Source: Candidatus Eiseniibacteriota bacterium
GTDB taxonomy: Bacteria > Eisenbacteria > RBG-16-71-46
Direction: 5' to 3'
NCBI GenBank assembly: GCA_963744995.1
Contig: CAVUWA010000002.1
Span: 480,001-544,000 of the forward strand
DNA length: 64,000 bases
Shown: positions 43,153 through 55,117 of the stretch, one piece after another
Numbering within the stretch: position 1 is the stretch's first letter
Layout: each line of letters opens with the position of its first letter
Program-made: the position numbers and the translations under genes
Notes under the pieces: model-generated
What the model was told of the DNA's origin: nothing
Databases searched by the model: none
Seen by the model: only the letters and a program-made list of their open reading frames with translations

Positions 43153-44442
43153 ATGGAAACCCCAGCCACCCAGACCACTCCGATCGCCCAGACCATGGAG
43201 CTCACCGAGCTCAAGCGCATGAACATGTCGGCGCTCATGAAGCTGGCCGACTCGCTCGAGGTCGAGGGCACGAGCGGGCTCCGCAAGCAGGAGCTGATCT
43301 TCAAGATCCTCGAGGCCCAGACCGAGAAGAACGGGCTGATCTTCGCCGAGGGCGTGCTCGAGATTCTTCCCGAAGGCTACGGCTTCCTGCGTGCGCCGAC
43401 CTACAACTACCTGCCGGGTCCGGACGACATCTACGTTTCGCCCTCGCAGATCAAGCGCTTCGATCTGCATACCGGCGACACGGTGTCGGGTCAGGTGCGC
43501 CCGCCCAAGGAAGGCGAGCGCTACTTCGCGCTGCTGCGGGTGGAGGCGGTCAACTTCGAGAGCCCCGAGACGGCGAAGGACAAGATTCTGTTCGACAACC
43601 TGACGCCGCTCTATCCGGTCGAAAAGCTGGACCTCGAAGCCAAGGACCGCGGCATCGAGACGCGCATCATCGATCTGCTGTGCCCGATCGGGAAGGGCCA
43701 GCGCGCGCTGATCACCTCGCCGCCCAAGGCCGGCAAGACGATTCTGCTGCAGAAGATCGCCAACGCGATCGCGGAGAACCACCCCGAGGTGAACCTGATC
43801 GTGCTGCTGATCGACGAGCGCCCCGAAGAGGTCACCGACATGGAGCGCACGGTGAAGGGCGAGGTGATCTCGTCCACGTTCGACGAGCCCGCCGAGCGCC
43901 ACGTGCAGGTGGCCGAGATGGTGATCGAGAAAGCCAAGCGGCTGGTCGAGCACAAGCGCGACGTGGTGATCCTGCTCGACTCGATCACGCGCCTCGCGCG
44001 CGCACACAACACCGTGGTGCCGCACTCGGGCAAGATCCTGTCGGGCGGCGTGGACGCCAACGCGCTGCAGCGGCCGAAGCGCTTCTTCGGCTCGGCGCGC
44101 AACATCGAGAGCGGCGGCTCGCTGACGATCATCGCGACCGCGTTGATCGAGACCGGCTCGCGCATGGACGAGGTGATCTTCGAGGAGTTCAAGGGCACCG
44201 GCAACAGCGAGCTGGTGCTCGACCGCAAGCTGTCCGACAAGCGCATCTTCCCGGCCATCGACATCAACCGCTCCGGCACGCGCCGCGAAGAGCTGCTCAT
44301 GTCGCCGGAAATGCTGCAGCGCGTGTGGATTCTGCGCAAGTTCCTCAACGAGTTGAACCCGGTCGAGGCGATGGAGTTCCTGATCTCGAAGCTCGGCGAC
44401 ACCAAGACGAACAAGAAGTTCCTGGAGAGCATGAACCAGTAG
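43153..44442 (+). CDS. rho: Transcription termination factor Rho
   Basis: [53 protein letters not shown]. Confidence 0.98.
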   Translation: METPATQTTPIAQTMELTELKRMNMSALMKLADSLEVEGTSGLRKQELIFKILEAQTEKNGLIFAEGVLEILPEGYGFLRAPTYNYLPGPDDIYVSPSQIKRFDLHTGDTVSGQVRPPKEGERYFALLRVEAVNFESPETAKDKILFDNLTPLYPVEKLDLEAKDRGIETRIIDLLCPIGKGQRALITSPPKAGKTILLQKIANAIAENHPEVNLIVLLIDERPEEVTDMERTVKGEVISSTFDEPAERHVQVAEMVIEKAKRLVEHKRDVVILLDSITRLARAHNTVVPHSGKILSGGVDANALQRPKRFFGSARNIESGGSLTIIATALIETGSRMDEVIFEEFKGTGNSELVLDRKLSDKRIFPAIDINRSGTRREELLMSPEMLQRVWILRKFLNELNPVEAMEFLISKLGDTKTNKKFLESMNQ

Positions 44443-44493
44443 CAGTCCGCCGCGCCGCACCGGCGGCATCACGCCACCGGGGAGGGAAGATCC

Positions 44494-45075
44494 ATGAAGC
44501 GCCTGATTTCCGTCGCGTTCGCCTGCGGCGTGGCCGCCACACCCGCCTTCGCCGCGGAGGATGACTACGGCCTGCGGCTCGCGAAGGTCGGACCCACCGT
44601 GTCGTACGTGTCGCTCGACAACGGCCAGGAAACGGTCGCGTTCGGCGCGCTCCTCGATCTGGGCTCCTTCACGCGCAACTGGAGTCTCGATGTCACCGCC
44701 GACTTCTGGTCGAAGAAGCAGACCGGGTCGGGCGGTTACGAACGGACGCTGCGCGACGTCTCTGCGGGCGCGCGCGTCCTGTATCACCTGCCGATCGAGA
44801 ACCGGCGCGTGGATCCGGCGGCGGGCGTGGGGCTGGCCGCGCACTTCCTGCACACGAAGCTGGCGGGCGTCCCCGGCTTCGACGGCGCCGACGACAGGAC
44901 ACGTCTCGGCTTCGACGTTGCCGGTGAAGTCGGCTTCGAGCTCGGGCCGCACGTCGACCTGATCGTGCAGACCGTGTTCCGGATCGTCGCCGAGGACTCC
45001 GGCTTCGGCAGCGTCGACAGCTTCAACCAGTTCTACGCCGGCGCCGGCCTGCTGTTCGGCGGCGCTCGCGACTGA
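44494..45075 (+). CDS. Secreted small outer-membrane beta-barrel-like protein
   Basis: Signal peptide (PAFA), amphipathic beta strands, GGAGG RBS. Confidence 0.65.
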   Translation: MKRLISVAFACGVAATPAFAAEDDYGLRLAKVGPTVSYVSLDNGQETVAFGALLDLGSFTRNWSLDVTADFWSKKQTGSGGYERTLRDVSAGARVLYHLPIENRRVDPAAGVGLAAHFLHTKLAGVPGFDGADDRTRLGFDVAGEVGFELGPHVDLIVQTVFRIVAEDSGFGSVDSFNQFYAGAGLLFGGARD

Positions 45076-45144
45076 CAGTTTGCGTATCGCCTTTCCGGCG
45101 CCATCCGGCGGCGGGTGCTCCCCTTTCCACTCACGGAGGTTCCC

Positions 45145-45948
45145 ATGAAGTTCCTGCTCGTCACGGCGCTCGCCGCGCTGCTCGCCGCACCGGCGCACGC
45201 CTACGACATGACCCAGCTGCGCCAGGACATCAAGACCCACGTCGAGAAGGTCAGTCACGACCTCGGTGACGTGACGATCCACCAGGAGGCGACGTTCAAC
45301 GCGGCCGAAGCCGGAGCGATGAACATGTCGTCGACGACGTACATGAAGGGCACGCGCTGGCGCAGTGACGGCGTGATGAAGAACGAGAAGTCGTCGCAGG
45401 AGATGAAGATGACGTCGCTCTTCGACGGCACCGACATCTGGTCGGTCATGATGGGCATGAAGCAGAAGCTGCCCAGGGGCGCCATCGGCGGCAGCGGTTC
45501 GAGCGGGATGTGGAGCGAGCTTCCCGAGGACGCGAAGCTCGCCGGCGAGGCGACCGTGGGCGACCGCGACTGCTGGAAGGTCACCTATGACGCGCCGAAG
45601 GCGAACCGCGGCGGCGGCGGGCCGGTGACCCTGTGGGTCGACAAGAAGATGTTCATGCCGATCCAGATGGAGTTCCATGGATCGAGCGGCACGATCCGCA
45701 CGGTGCAGTCGGACTTCCGCAAGGAGAAGGGCTACGAGTTCCCCTGGCTCACCGAGATCTACAGCGGCGACAAGGAGATGGGCACCGTCAAGGTGGTGAA
45801 GCTCGAGACCGGGACCGGCCTCTCGGACGATCTCTTCGACGCCGCGAAGCTCGAGGGCGGCGAAATGGACATGAACGCCATGATGAAGAAGGCGATGGAG
45901 ATGCAGAAACAGCAGGACGCGGCGGGGAAGCAGAAGGGCGGCGAGTAG
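45145..45948 (+). CDS. Secreted LolA-like / outer-membrane lipoprotein-sorting-fold protein
   Basis: Signal peptide (PAHA), GE.TV..RDCWKV, TLWVDK...P, GL.DDLF; GGAGG RBS. Confidence 0.6.
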   Translation: MKFLLVTALAALLAAPAHAYDMTQLRQDIKTHVEKVSHDLGDVTIHQEATFNAAEAGAMNMSSTTYMKGTRWRSDGVMKNEKSSQEMKMTSLFDGTDIWSVMMGMKQKLPRGAIGGSGSSGMWSELPEDAKLAGEATVGDRDCWKVTYDAPKANRGGGGPVTLWVDKKMFMPIQMEFHGSSGTIRTVQSDFRKEKGYEFPWLTEIYSGDKEMGTVKVVKLETGTGLSDDLFDAAKLEGGEMDMNAMMKKAMEMQKQQDAAGKQKGGE

Positions 45949-45951
45949 CGC

Positions 45952-46803
45952 ATGTTCAGAACGGTCGCTGAGGAGCTGTGGGTCTTCGACATCGAGTGGG
46001 TGCCGGATCCCGCGACGGGGCGGCGTGCCTACGGGCTGCCGGAGAGCGCGCCCGACGCCGAGGTCGTCGCGCGCATGTTCGAAGCGGCCGGCGCGACCCC
46101 CGAAAATCCGCGACCGTTCATCAAGACCGCGCTGTGCCGGGTGGTGTCGATCTCCGCGATCAAGCGTCGCGCGACCGGCAGCCACCCGGTGCGGCTCGAG
46201 CTGCGCTCGATGCCCGAAGCAGGCGACGCGCCGCTCGACGAGGGCACGCTGATCGCGAACTTTCTGGAGTCCGCGGGCAAGGTGAAGCCGCAACTGGTCG
46301 GCTTCAACATCACCGGCGCCGACATTCCGATTCTGGTCCAGCGCGCGATGGCGCACGGGGTCAGCGCACCCGCGTTCTGCCAGCGCCCCGAGAAGCCGTG
46401 GCAGGGCGTGGACTACTTCGGCGGGCGCGGCAGCGACGCGGTCGTGGAGCTCATGGACGTGTTCGGCACGTGGGGCCGCGGCTCGCCGTCGCTGCACGAG
46501 CTGGCGAGCGCGGCCGGCATCCCGGGCAAGCTCGACACGGCCGGCGAGCAGGTGGTGGACCTCTGGCAGGCGGGCGACATGCGGCGGATCGTCGAGTACA
46601 ACGAGTTCGACGTCATCACCACCTACCTGATCTGGCTGCGCGGCGCGCACCTGGCGGGCTTTCTCGGCACGGCGGCCTGGCAGGCCGAGGAGCGCCAGCT
46701 GGAGGCGCTGCTCGAAGACCGTGCGGCGGGCGCGGGGCCGCATCTCGCCCGTTATCTCGAGCACTGGCGCGCGCATCGTCCCGCGGCCGCCGGGCGCGGC
46801 TGA
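45952..46803 (+). CDS. PolB-related predicted 3'-5' exonuclease
   Basis: ExoI FDIEWVPD, ExoII LVGFN...DIP.L, ExoIII YNEFDV; GIPGK. Confidence 0.85.
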   Translation: MFRTVAEELWVFDIEWVPDPATGRRAYGLPESAPDAEVVARMFEAAGATPENPRPFIKTALCRVVSISAIKRRATGSHPVRLELRSMPEAGDAPLDEGTLIANFLESAGKVKPQLVGFNITGADIPILVQRAMAHGVSAPAFCQRPEKPWQGVDYFGGRGSDAVVELMDVFGTWGRGSPSLHELASAAGIPGKLDTAGEQVVDLWQAGDMRRIVEYNEFDVITTYLIWLRGAHLAGFLGTAAWQAEERQLEALLEDRAAGAGPHLARYLEHWRAHRPAAAGRG

Positions 46804-47010
46804 GGCGCCGCGGCTCATCCCGTGACCCCTTGAGTCCCAGTTGCTTACGGGCCCGGTCGCGACCGCTCCCGGAGCCCGCCGCCGCGCCCGCCCCGCACCG
46901 ATTTGGCGCCCGGCGGCATCTCAGGCATACTCCCCGGCCGCTTACCATACAGACCCGGCGGGCGACCGGACGGTCCCGGCCGCATTCGCCAGAGGAACCA
47001 GGAGAGAGCC

Positions 47011-47256
47011 ATGAAAGCCGGAATCCATCCCCACTACGAGACGACGAAGGTCGTCTGTGTCTGCGGCAACGTGTTCGATACGCGCACGACCGTGGGCCAG
47101 GACGAGCTGCACGTCGAAATCTGCTCTGCGTGCCACCCGTTCTACACGGGCAAGCAGAAGCTGGTCGACAAGGCCGGCCGCGTCGAGCGTTTCCGCCGCC
47201 GCTACGAAAAGGTGGGCGGCAAGAAGGCCTCCGGTTCCGAGAGCGCGGCCTCTTAG
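47011..47256 (+). CDS. rpmE: 50S ribosomal protein L31 (zinc-binding type)
   Basis: [31 protein letters not shown]. Confidence 0.97.
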   Translation: MKAGIHPHYETTKVVCVCGNVFDTRTTVGQDELHVEICSACHPFYTGKQKLVDKAGRVERFRRRYEKVGGKKASGSESAAS

Positions 47257-47269
47257 CGACGTCGTGACC

Positions 47270-47309
47270 GCTCCCGTCCGGCCATGCGGCCCGGGCGGGA
47301 GCTTTTTTT
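47270..47309 (+). terminator. Intrinsic terminator after rpmE
   Basis: GCTCCCGTCCGG...CCGGGCGGGAGC followed by T7. Confidence 0.85.
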
Positions 47310-47384
47310 GAGTCGTCCCGCGCCGGCGCACCCCGCCGCGCGGCCAGCATGCGGCGGCGCGATGCGCCCGCCCGCGGAGTTCAC

Positions 47385-48320
47385 ATGCCGTTTCTGCCCA
47401 TCGGCGGCCAGGCCGTCATCGAAGGTGTCATGATGCGCTCGCCGTCGCGCATGGCGGTCGCCGTCAGGCGGCCCGACGGCAGCGTGGCTCTGATGGAGCG
47501 CCCGTTCGTCTCGGTGACCCAGAAGGTGCGCGCGCTGCGCCTGCCGGTCGTGCGCGGGGCGGTGTCGCTGTTCGAGACGCTGTTCCTCGGCATCAGCGCA
47601 CTCAACTACAGCGCCGAAGAAGCCTCCCGCGAGCCGCAGGACACCGCGGCCCAGAAGACTTCCCGGTGGCAGAGCGTGGTGCAGGGGCTCACGGTGCTGT
47701 TCTCGCTCGGGCTCGGCGTGCTGCTGTTCGTGGTGCTGCCCGCGAAGCTCACCTCGTGGCTCGGCTTCCACGATCGCATCGGCTTCGGGCTGGTGGACGG
47801 CCTGTTCCGGCTGCTGGCGTTCCTGCTCTACCTGCTGCTGATCAGCCAGTGGAAGGAGATGGCGCGCGTGCTCAGGTACCACGGCGCCGAGCACAAGGCC
47901 ATTCACGCGATCGAGAACCGCGTACCGCTGACACCGCTGAACGTGCTCAAGTTCTCGCGCTTCCATCCGCGTTGCGGGACGTCGTTCCTGTTCCTCGTCG
48001 TGGTGGTGAGCATCGTCGTGTTCACCTTCATCGGCCGGCCGGTGAACGTGTGGGAGCATCTGCTGCGCATCGCCTGCATGCCGGTGATCGCGGGCATCGC
48101 ATTCGAGTTCATCCGCTGGTCGGGGAAGTACTACGACCACGGTTTCGTGAAGGCGATGGTGTGGCCGGGGCTGCAGTTCCAGCGGCTCACCACGCGCGAG
48201 CCGGATCTGTCGATGTGCGAGATCGCGATTGCCTCGCTCGAAGCGGTGCGTACCGACGAGCAGGTCGTGAAGCTCGAGCAGCAGCCGGCGGCGAAACCCG
48301 AGATGGCGTTCATTCAGTAA
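47385..48320 (+). CDS. DUF1385 membrane protein
   Basis: [41 protein letters not shown]; usual rpmE-prfA context. Confidence 0.92.
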   Translation: MPFLPIGGQAVIEGVMMRSPSRMAVAVRRPDGSVALMERPFVSVTQKVRALRLPVVRGAVSLFETLFLGISALNYSAEEASREPQDTAAQKTSRWQSVVQGLTVLFSLGLGVLLFVVLPAKLTSWLGFHDRIGFGLVDGLFRLLAFLLYLLLISQWKEMARVLRYHGAEHKAIHAIENRVPLTPLNVLKFSRFHPRCGTSFLFLVVVVSIVVFTFIGRPVNVWEHLLRIACMPVIAGIAFEFIRWSGKYYDHGFVKAMVWPGLQFQRLTTREPDLSMCEIAIASLEAVRTDEQVVKLEQQPAAKPEMAFIQ

Positions 48321-48345
48321 TACGCACGGAGGCGGCGGAGCGGCC

Positions 48346-49425
<1,080 letters not shown>

Positions 49426-49511
49426 GCGCCGTCTCCGCCCGGGCAATGGAGCGGACGGTGCGCCAGCGCGCGCGCCCGGCCGCGCGCAACCGTCGAAACC
49501 TGCGGAGGTGC

Positions 49512-50423
49512 ATGACCCCGATGCCCACGATCGCCGAGGCCCTGCTCCACGCCCGGAAGACGCTCGCCAGCGAGGATTCGCCGGCCACGGACGCGCTCGA
49601 GCTCGTGAGCCGCCTGCTCGGCGTGACGCGGATCGAGGTCGCCGAACGCGGCGCCGAGCCGCTCGACGACGCGCTCGCCCGGCGGCTCGACGACTGGCTG
49701 GAGCGCCGCGTCGCGGGGGAGCCGGTGCAGTACATCACGGGCCGCGCCGCGTTTCGCGAGCTGGACCTCGCGGTGACGCCGGCGGTGCTGATCCCGCGCC
49801 CCGAGACCGAAGCGCTGGTCGAGGCGGTGTTGCGCGCGATGCATGCCCGGCGCGACGCGTGGGAGCGGCCGCGGGTGCTCGATCTCGGCACCGGCTCCGG
49901 GGCGATCGCGCTCGCGATCGCGCAGGAGCGCCCCGATGCGATCGTCACGGCCAGCGACGCGAGCGCCGACGCACTCGGGGTGGCGCGCGCGAACGCGGCG
50001 GCGCTCGGTCTCGAAGCCCGCGTGACCTTCGCCGAAGGCCACTGGTTCGAAGCCGTGGATCCCGACGAGCGCTTCGAAGTCGTGGTATCGAATCCGCCCT
50101 ATATCGCCACCGGCGAGTGGGACGAGCTGCCGCGCGACGTGAAGCTGCACGAGCCCCGGCAGGCCCTGTTCTCGGGTTCGAGCGGGCTCGACGACCTGAG
50201 CGAGATCATCGACCTCGCTCCCGAATGGCTGGTGGCGGGCGGCCTGCTCGCGCTCGAGCTGGCCGAGAACCGCGCCGAGCAGGTCGCGGCCTGGTTCGAG
50301 GGGGCCCGCGACTGGGAGCACGCCGAGCTGCTCGACGACCTGAGCGGGCGGCCGCGAATCCTCCTGGCGCGGCGTCAGGCGGGGCCGGCGATCGCGCCCC
50401 GGCAGTGGCGCGAGGAGAGCTGA
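49512..50423 (+). CDS. prmC: Release factor glutamine methyltransferase
   Basis: GEPVQYI.G, LIPRPETE, LDLGTGSG, SNPPYI; start 49512 or 49521. Confidence 0.93.
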   Translation: MTPMPTIAEALLHARKTLASEDSPATDALELVSRLLGVTRIEVAERGAEPLDDALARRLDDWLERRVAGEPVQYITGRAAFRELDLAVTPAVLIPRPETEALVEAVLRAMHARRDAWERPRVLDLGTGSGAIALAIAQERPDAIVTASDASADALGVARANAAALGLEARVTFAEGHWFEAVDPDERFEVVVSNPPYIATGEWDELPRDVKLHEPRQALFSGSSGLDDLSEIIDLAPEWLVAGGLLALELAENRAEQVAAWFEGARDWEHAELLDDLSGRPRILLARRQAGPAIAPRQWREES

Positions 50424-50609
50424 GCGGGGATCAGGCGCCGGCGCCCGCCGCGGCCGCGCCCGGCGGCCCCCCCATGGCGCTGATTTTCGCGGCAGACGCG
50501 CCCGCTTCGATCGGGTAGGCTCATCGGCACCGGAACCTGCCCGGCGCGCTCGCTCCCCGAAGGCCGCTCCCGCCGGCCGGGCCGTTCCAGAGCAGAGGAG
50601 GTCCGCACC

Positions 50610-51266
50610 ATCCTCAAGGCCCAGGAAGTCATCGACGCCGTCAAGCTCGGCGACACGAATCGCGTCCGCGAGCTGCTGGATCACGATCCCATGCTCGCCA
50701 ACGCGCGCACGGCCACCGGCGAGTCCGCGGCGCTGATGGCGGCGTACCACCGCCGCAGCGAGATCGCGGCGCTGCTGATCGAACGCGGCGCCCAGCTCAG
50801 CTTCTTCGAAGCCGCCGCGCTCGGGCAGGCCGAGCTGGTGCGCTCGTGGCTCGAGCGCGAAACCGAGCTCCTCAACGCCTGCTCGCCCGACGGGTTCACC
50901 GCGCTCGCGCTCGCCTCGTTCTTCGGCCACCGCGAGGTCGTGCTCGACCTGCTCACCCGCGACGTCGAGGTGAACGCGGTCGCCAGCAACGCGATGCGGG
51001 TGATGCCGCTGCATGCGGCGGTCGCCGGCGGCCATCACGCGATTGCGAAGGCCCTGCTCGCCCACGGCGCCCGCGTGAACGCCCCGCAGCAGCACGGCTG
51101 GCGCCCGCTGCACGCCGCCGCGCAGAGCGGCGACACGAAGATGATCGAGCTGCTGCTCGACCACGGCGCCGATCCCGCCGCGACCAACGACCACGGCCTC
51201 ACCGCGCTCGAGATCGCCGAAGAGCGCGGACACATCGAGGCGGTCAGGACGCTGAAAGGGGCGTAG
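50610..51266 (+). CDS. Ankyrin repeat protein (start possibly ATC at 50610; first ATG at 50691)
   Basis: GFTAL.LA.FFG, PLHAA (twice), LL.HGADP, GLTAL; the ankyrin-like pattern continues upstream of the ATG. Confidence 0.85.
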   Translation: MLKAQEVIDAVKLGDTNRVRELLDHDPMLANARTATGESAALMAAYHRRSEIAALLIERGAQLSFFEAAALGQAELVRSWLERETELLNACSPDGFTALALASFFGHREVVLDLLTRDVEVNAVASNAMRVMPLHAAVAGGHHAIAKALLAHGARVNAPQQHGWRPLHAAAQSGDTKMIELLLDHGADPAATNDHGLTALEIAEERGHIEAVRTLKGA

Positions 51267-51351
51267 TCGGCAGCTGAAAATCCGTCCCGGGACGGATTTC
51301 GTTCGATGCCCTCGAACCCGCGCGCGTGGCGCCGCGCCCGCTGCTGCCCGC

Positions 51352-52275
51352 TCAGTGTTCCATGTAGTGGCTGTTCATTTCGCCCGCGCGGATCGCCACG
51401 TTCAGACGATTGGCTTTCGGCGGGATCGGACAGTTGTAGTAGGGCGAGTAGGCGCAGGCCGGGGAGTAGGCGTAGTTGAAGTCCAGCAGAAAGCGCCCGT
51501 CCGCGACCTTCTCGGGGTTCACGTAGCGGCCGAGGTCGTACGACTCCCCGTCGTCGCAGGTCCGGTCGCGGAAGAACACGCCGTAGTCCTCGTCGCCGAC
51601 CCCGGGCTCCAGGAGCCGCGTGACCTCGAGGCGCTGCGGCTTGCCGTCCACGATGAAGTCGAACCAGCCGACCCGCAGCGCGGGACGCTGGTTGCCGCGC
51701 GTGCTCAGGATCACCAGCGTGTCGGGGCGCGGGTTCGGGGTGAGCGGCAGCACGAAGCGATACTTGAAGTCGGGCGGGAAGTACTCGATGCCGTGGAACT
51801 TCTCGTACTGCTTGCTCTCGGGATCCGAGATGATGATCGCCGGATAGCCCTGGTTCGAAAGCCGCAGCGAGAGCCGTCCGATGAACACCCGGCCGTACGG
51901 CATCTTCGCGTGGCGCAGTTCCTGATCGTCGAACTTGAACGTGGCCCCGGGGTCGACGGCTTCCACCAGGAACGAGTCGCCCACGACGCTGACGCGCAGA
52001 TGGTGCGGCTTCAGCAGTTCGTCATCGAGCCGCAGGTCGTTGCCGGGGGCGCGGCCGACGGTCATCACGGTCTCGTCGCCGAAGTCGCGGCGCGCGACGG
52101 CCGAGAAATAGGAAGAGGGCGAGGATTTGAGCCAGTCGATGGTCTCCTGGCGATCATTCTCGTAGTGGTCGAGCACGGCCTTCGCGCTGTCCGGCGAGAG
52201 CACTTCGGGCCGCGCCGGCGTCATGGAAGGCGTGGCGGCGGCCGTCATGACGGCGAGCATCAGAACTGGAAACAT
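51352..52275 (-). CDS. DUF1684 family secreted protein
   Basis: FRD.T....SY..GRY, LDFN.AY.P.CAY...YNCP.PP..N.L...IRAGE. Confidence 0.88.
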   Translation of the reverse strand: MFPVLMLAVMTAAATPSMTPARPEVLSPDSAKAVLDHYENDRQETIDWLKSSPSSYFSAVARRDFGDETVMTVGRAPGNDLRLDDELLKPHHLRVSVVGDSFLVEAVDPGATFKFDDQELRHAKMPYGRVFIGRLSLRLSNQGYPAIIISDPESKQYEKFHGIEYFPPDFKYRFVLPLTPNPRPDTLVILSTRGNQRPALRVGWFDFIVDGKPQRLEVTRLLEPGVGDEDYGVFFRDRTCDDGESYDLGRYVNPEKVADGRFLLDFNYAYSPACAYSPYYNCPIPPKANRLNVAIRAGEMNSHYMEH

Positions 52276-52523
52276 TCGGGGATCCCCCTCGGGCCGACTG
52301 GGTGAGCGGGGCGCATTCTACGCCGCCCGGACCGTGCGCCCAAATCGCGACGGCTGTTGATTTTGCGTGACGTGCTGCCGATAATCCCGGAGACGCATTC
52401 CCAGGACGACATCCCCTGCCGGCGGTCCGCTCCGGAACCGCCCGGCGCCCGGAGACATCACACATGGACGTGAACGCTGCGGCCAGGGCGGCTGCACCCA
52501 CCTCACCCGCAAAGCCGGAAATC

Positions 52524-53786
52524 ATGGACGCACTCGTCATTCAGGGCGGCCGCAAGCTCTCCGGCCGCGTGCCCGTATCGGGCGCGAAGAACGCCGCGCT
52601 GCCGGTCATGACCGCGACGCTGCTCGCCCCCGGCGTGCACACGCTGCGCAACGTCCCCGACCTCCGGGATACGCGCACGATCGCGAAAGTGCTCGAGCAC
52701 CTCGGGGCGCGCGTCGAGTTCCGCGGCAGCGCGTGCACGATCGACACGACGAACATCACGAACTTCGAAGCGCCGTACGATCTCGTGCGTACGATGCGCG
52801 CCAGCATCTACGTGCTCGGACCGCTGCTCGCGCGCTTCGGCGCGGCGCGCGTGTCGCTGCCCGGCGGCTGTGCGTGGGGTCCGCGCCCGGTGAACCTGCA
52901 TTTCGACGGGCTGAACGCGATGAACGCAAACCTCGAAATCGAGCACGGCTACATGGTCGGCAGGGACGTGAAGCTCAAGGGCGTGCACTGGAATTTCGAC
53001 GTCGTGTCCGTGGGCGCCACGGCGCAGCTGCTCATGGCGGCGGTCCTCGCGGACGGTGAGTCCGTTCTCGAGAACGTCGCCATCGAACCCGACATCACCG
53101 CACTCGCGCAGGTGCTGGTGGAGTGCGGCGCCGACATCACCGGCGTCGGCTCGCGGCGTCTGGTCATCCGCGGCGTGAAGGCGCTGAAGCCGATCGACAC
53201 CACGATCATTCCGGATCGCATCGAGGCGGCGACGTTCCTCGCTGCGGGCGCGATCACCGGCGGCGACATCACGCTCGAGCAGTGCGAAGCCGACCACATG
53301 ATGGCGGTCGTGCAGAAGCTCGAAGAGGCCGGCTGCGAGATCCACGCCGAACCGCGCACGGTGGCGCTGCGCGGGCCCGCGCGACCGGCGGCCCTCGACG
53401 TGACCACCGCGCCGTTCCCGGGGTTCCCCACCGACATGCAGGCGCAGATCATGGCGCTTACCGCGATCGCCGACGGCACCAGCGTCGTGACCGATACGAT
53501 CTACCTCGACCGTTTCACCCATGTCCCCGAACTCGCGCGGCTCGGCGCGCAGATCGAGCTCAAGGGCAATGCCGCCGTGATCCGCGGCGTGGACCGCCTG
53601 CAGGGTGCGCCGGTGATGGCCACCGACATCCGCGCCAGCGCGGCCCTGGTGATCGCCGCTCTGGTCGCCGAAGGCGAGACGAAGATCTCGCGCATCTACC
53701 ATCTGGACCGCGGCTACGAGAACATCGTCGGCAAGCTGACGCAGCTGGGCGCCAGGGTGAAGCGCGTGCAGGAGAAGGTGGCGTAG
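52524..53786 (+). CDS. murA: UDP-N-acetylglucosamine 1-carboxyvinyltransferase
   Basis: SGAKNAALP, MRAS..VLGPL, LPGGC (active-site Cys), PDRIEA, PGFPTDMQ, HLDRGYE; alternative start 52464. Confidence 0.97.
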   Translation: MDALVIQGGRKLSGRVPVSGAKNAALPVMTATLLAPGVHTLRNVPDLRDTRTIAKVLEHLGARVEFRGSACTIDTTNITNFEAPYDLVRTMRASIYVLGPLLARFGAARVSLPGGCAWGPRPVNLHFDGLNAMNANLEIEHGYMVGRDVKLKGVHWNFDVVSVGATAQLLMAAVLADGESVLENVAIEPDITALAQVLVECGADITGVGSRRLVIRGVKALKPIDTTIIPDRIEAATFLAAGAITGGDITLEQCEADHMMAVVQKLEEAGCEIHAEPRTVALRGPARPAALDVTTAPFPGFPTDMQAQIMALTAIADGTSVVTDTIYLDRFTHVPELARLGAQIELKGNAAVIRGVDRLQGAPVMATDIRASAALVIAALVAEGETKISRIYHLDRGYENIVGKLTQLGARVKRVQEKVA

Positions 53787-53810
53787 CCGCCTCCGGAGAG
53801 CCGAAGCCAG

Positions 53811-53850
53811 GCGCGGGGCCCGGGGCTTCCGGGCCCCGCGTTCTCGTTTC
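53811..53850 (+). terminator. Probable terminator after murA
   Basis: CGCGGGGCCCGG/CCGGGCCCCGCG stem followed by TTCTCGTTT. Confidence 0.6.
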
Positions 53851-53909
53851 CGGCCCGCCGCCGGCCGACCGGCATTGCCCCGCGCCCCGCGGCGCGGCAT
53901 GATGCGGTC

Positions 53910-54440
53910 ATGGCTTCGCACACGGTCACCATCAACCGCGCGCCCGTGATGACCCTCTGGGCCGCGGTCGTCGCCGAGCGGCTCGGCTATCGCGTCGACG
54001 AAGCCGCCACCTTCGGCAAGACCGTGGCCGGCCTCAACGCCGCATCCAAGGCGAAGCGCCTGGGACTTGCGGAGGCCCATCCGGAGCAGCACAAGGGCCG
54101 GAAGCGCACGCCCGGTCGCAAGGTCGAGATCGAGCTCCTCGGCCGCGTGTTCCCGGCCGTCGAGACCGAAGACGGCCTGCGCGCGCTCGCGAAGGACAAG
54201 CCGGTGGATCCCGCGAGCGTGCAGCGCTATCTGGAGAGCAAGTTCGGCGACGATCTCGACGCCGTGCGCGATGCGATGCGATCGCTCGCGAAATCGCGCC
54301 CGCCGAAGCAGCTCGCCGAGCAGGCCTACGCGCTGTACGAATCGTTCCGCCCCGAGATCCCGCGCGGCACGCGCGGCTGGGGCGCGAAGGGCGTGCTGGA
54401 TCTGGATCGCATGCTCGAGATGGCGCAGGAGCAGGCTTGA
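53910..54440 (+). CDS. Conserved hypothetical protein
   Basis: Host-like codon use; INRAPV.TLWA.VVAERLG and YE.FRP.IP.G..GWGAKG motifs. Confidence 0.7.
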   Translation: MASHTVTINRAPVMTLWAAVVAERLGYRVDEAATFGKTVAGLNAASKAKRLGLAEAHPEQHKGRKRTPGRKVEIELLGRVFPAVETEDGLRALAKDKPVDPASVQRYLESKFGDDLDAVRDAMRSLAKSRPPKQLAEQAYALYESFRPEIPRGTRGWGAKGVLDLDRMLEMAQEQA

Positions 54441-55084
54441 GCCGCGCCGCGCGGAAGTCCACCGCGAAGGCGCGCGCAGGCTCAGCCAAGACCTACGACA
54501 GATCCTACTTCGACCGCTGGTACCGCGATCCCAGACATGCGGTGATCCATCGCGACGTGCTGGCGCGGCGCGTGCAGCTGGCGCTGTCGGCGGCGGAGTA
54601 CATCCTCGAACATCCGGTCGCGAGCGTGCTCGACGTCGGCTGCGGCGAAGGTCCGTGGCGCGCGCTGATCCGCATGGCGCGGCCGGGGGCGAGCTACGTG
54701 GGCGTGGATTCGAGCGAGTACGCCATCCGGCGTTTCGGCCGCCGCCGCAACCTGCGGCTCGGCCGCTTCGGCGACCTCGGGCGCATGAAGCTCGGCGGCC
54801 CGTTCGACCTGATCGTGTGCTCGGACGTCCTGCACTACGTGCCGAGCCCCGAGGCGAAGCGCGGACTGCGCGCGATCGCGCGCATGCTCGGCGGCCTCGC
54901 GTTCATCGAGTTCTTCTCGAAGGAAGACGACACCGTCGGCGACGACGACGGCTACATTCCGCGCTCGGAGGCCGCCTGCCGGAACCTGTTCCGGGAGGCC
55001 GGCCTCGTGCATCTGGGGCTGCACTGCTATGCGAGGCGCCGCGACGCGGTGAACCTGATGACGTTCGAGAAAGGGAAGGGCTAG
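54437..55084 (+). CDS. Class I SAM-dependent methyltransferase
   Basis: VLDVGCGEG, GVD.S, FDLIVCSDVLHY. Confidence 0.88.
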   Translation: MSRAARKSTAKARAGSAKTYDRSYFDRWYRDPRHAVIHRDVLARRVQLALSAAEYILEHPVASVLDVGCGEGPWRALIRMARPGASYVGVDSSEYAIRRFGRRRNLRLGRFGDLGRMKLGGPFDLIVCSDVLHYVPSPEAKRGLRAIARMLGGLAFIEFFSKEDDTVGDDDGYIPRSEAACRNLFREAGLVHLGLHCYARRRDAVNLMTFEKGKG

Positions 55085-55117
55085 CCGGGGCCGCCGCGGC
55101 GGCCGCCCGCGCGGCGA

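Noticed and set aside
42118..46818. 1566-aa minus-strand ORF and other long antisense or alternate-frame ORFs (e.g. 29864-33706, 19355-21964)
   Set aside because: Shadow ORFs of real genes, expected in high-GC DNA; low-complexity R/A/G/P translations
46823..46847. IHF-like inverted element upstream of rpmE (TGA-N4-TTG-N5-CAG-N4-TTA)
   Set aside because: Degenerate match with no associated sigma54 promoter; too weak to call
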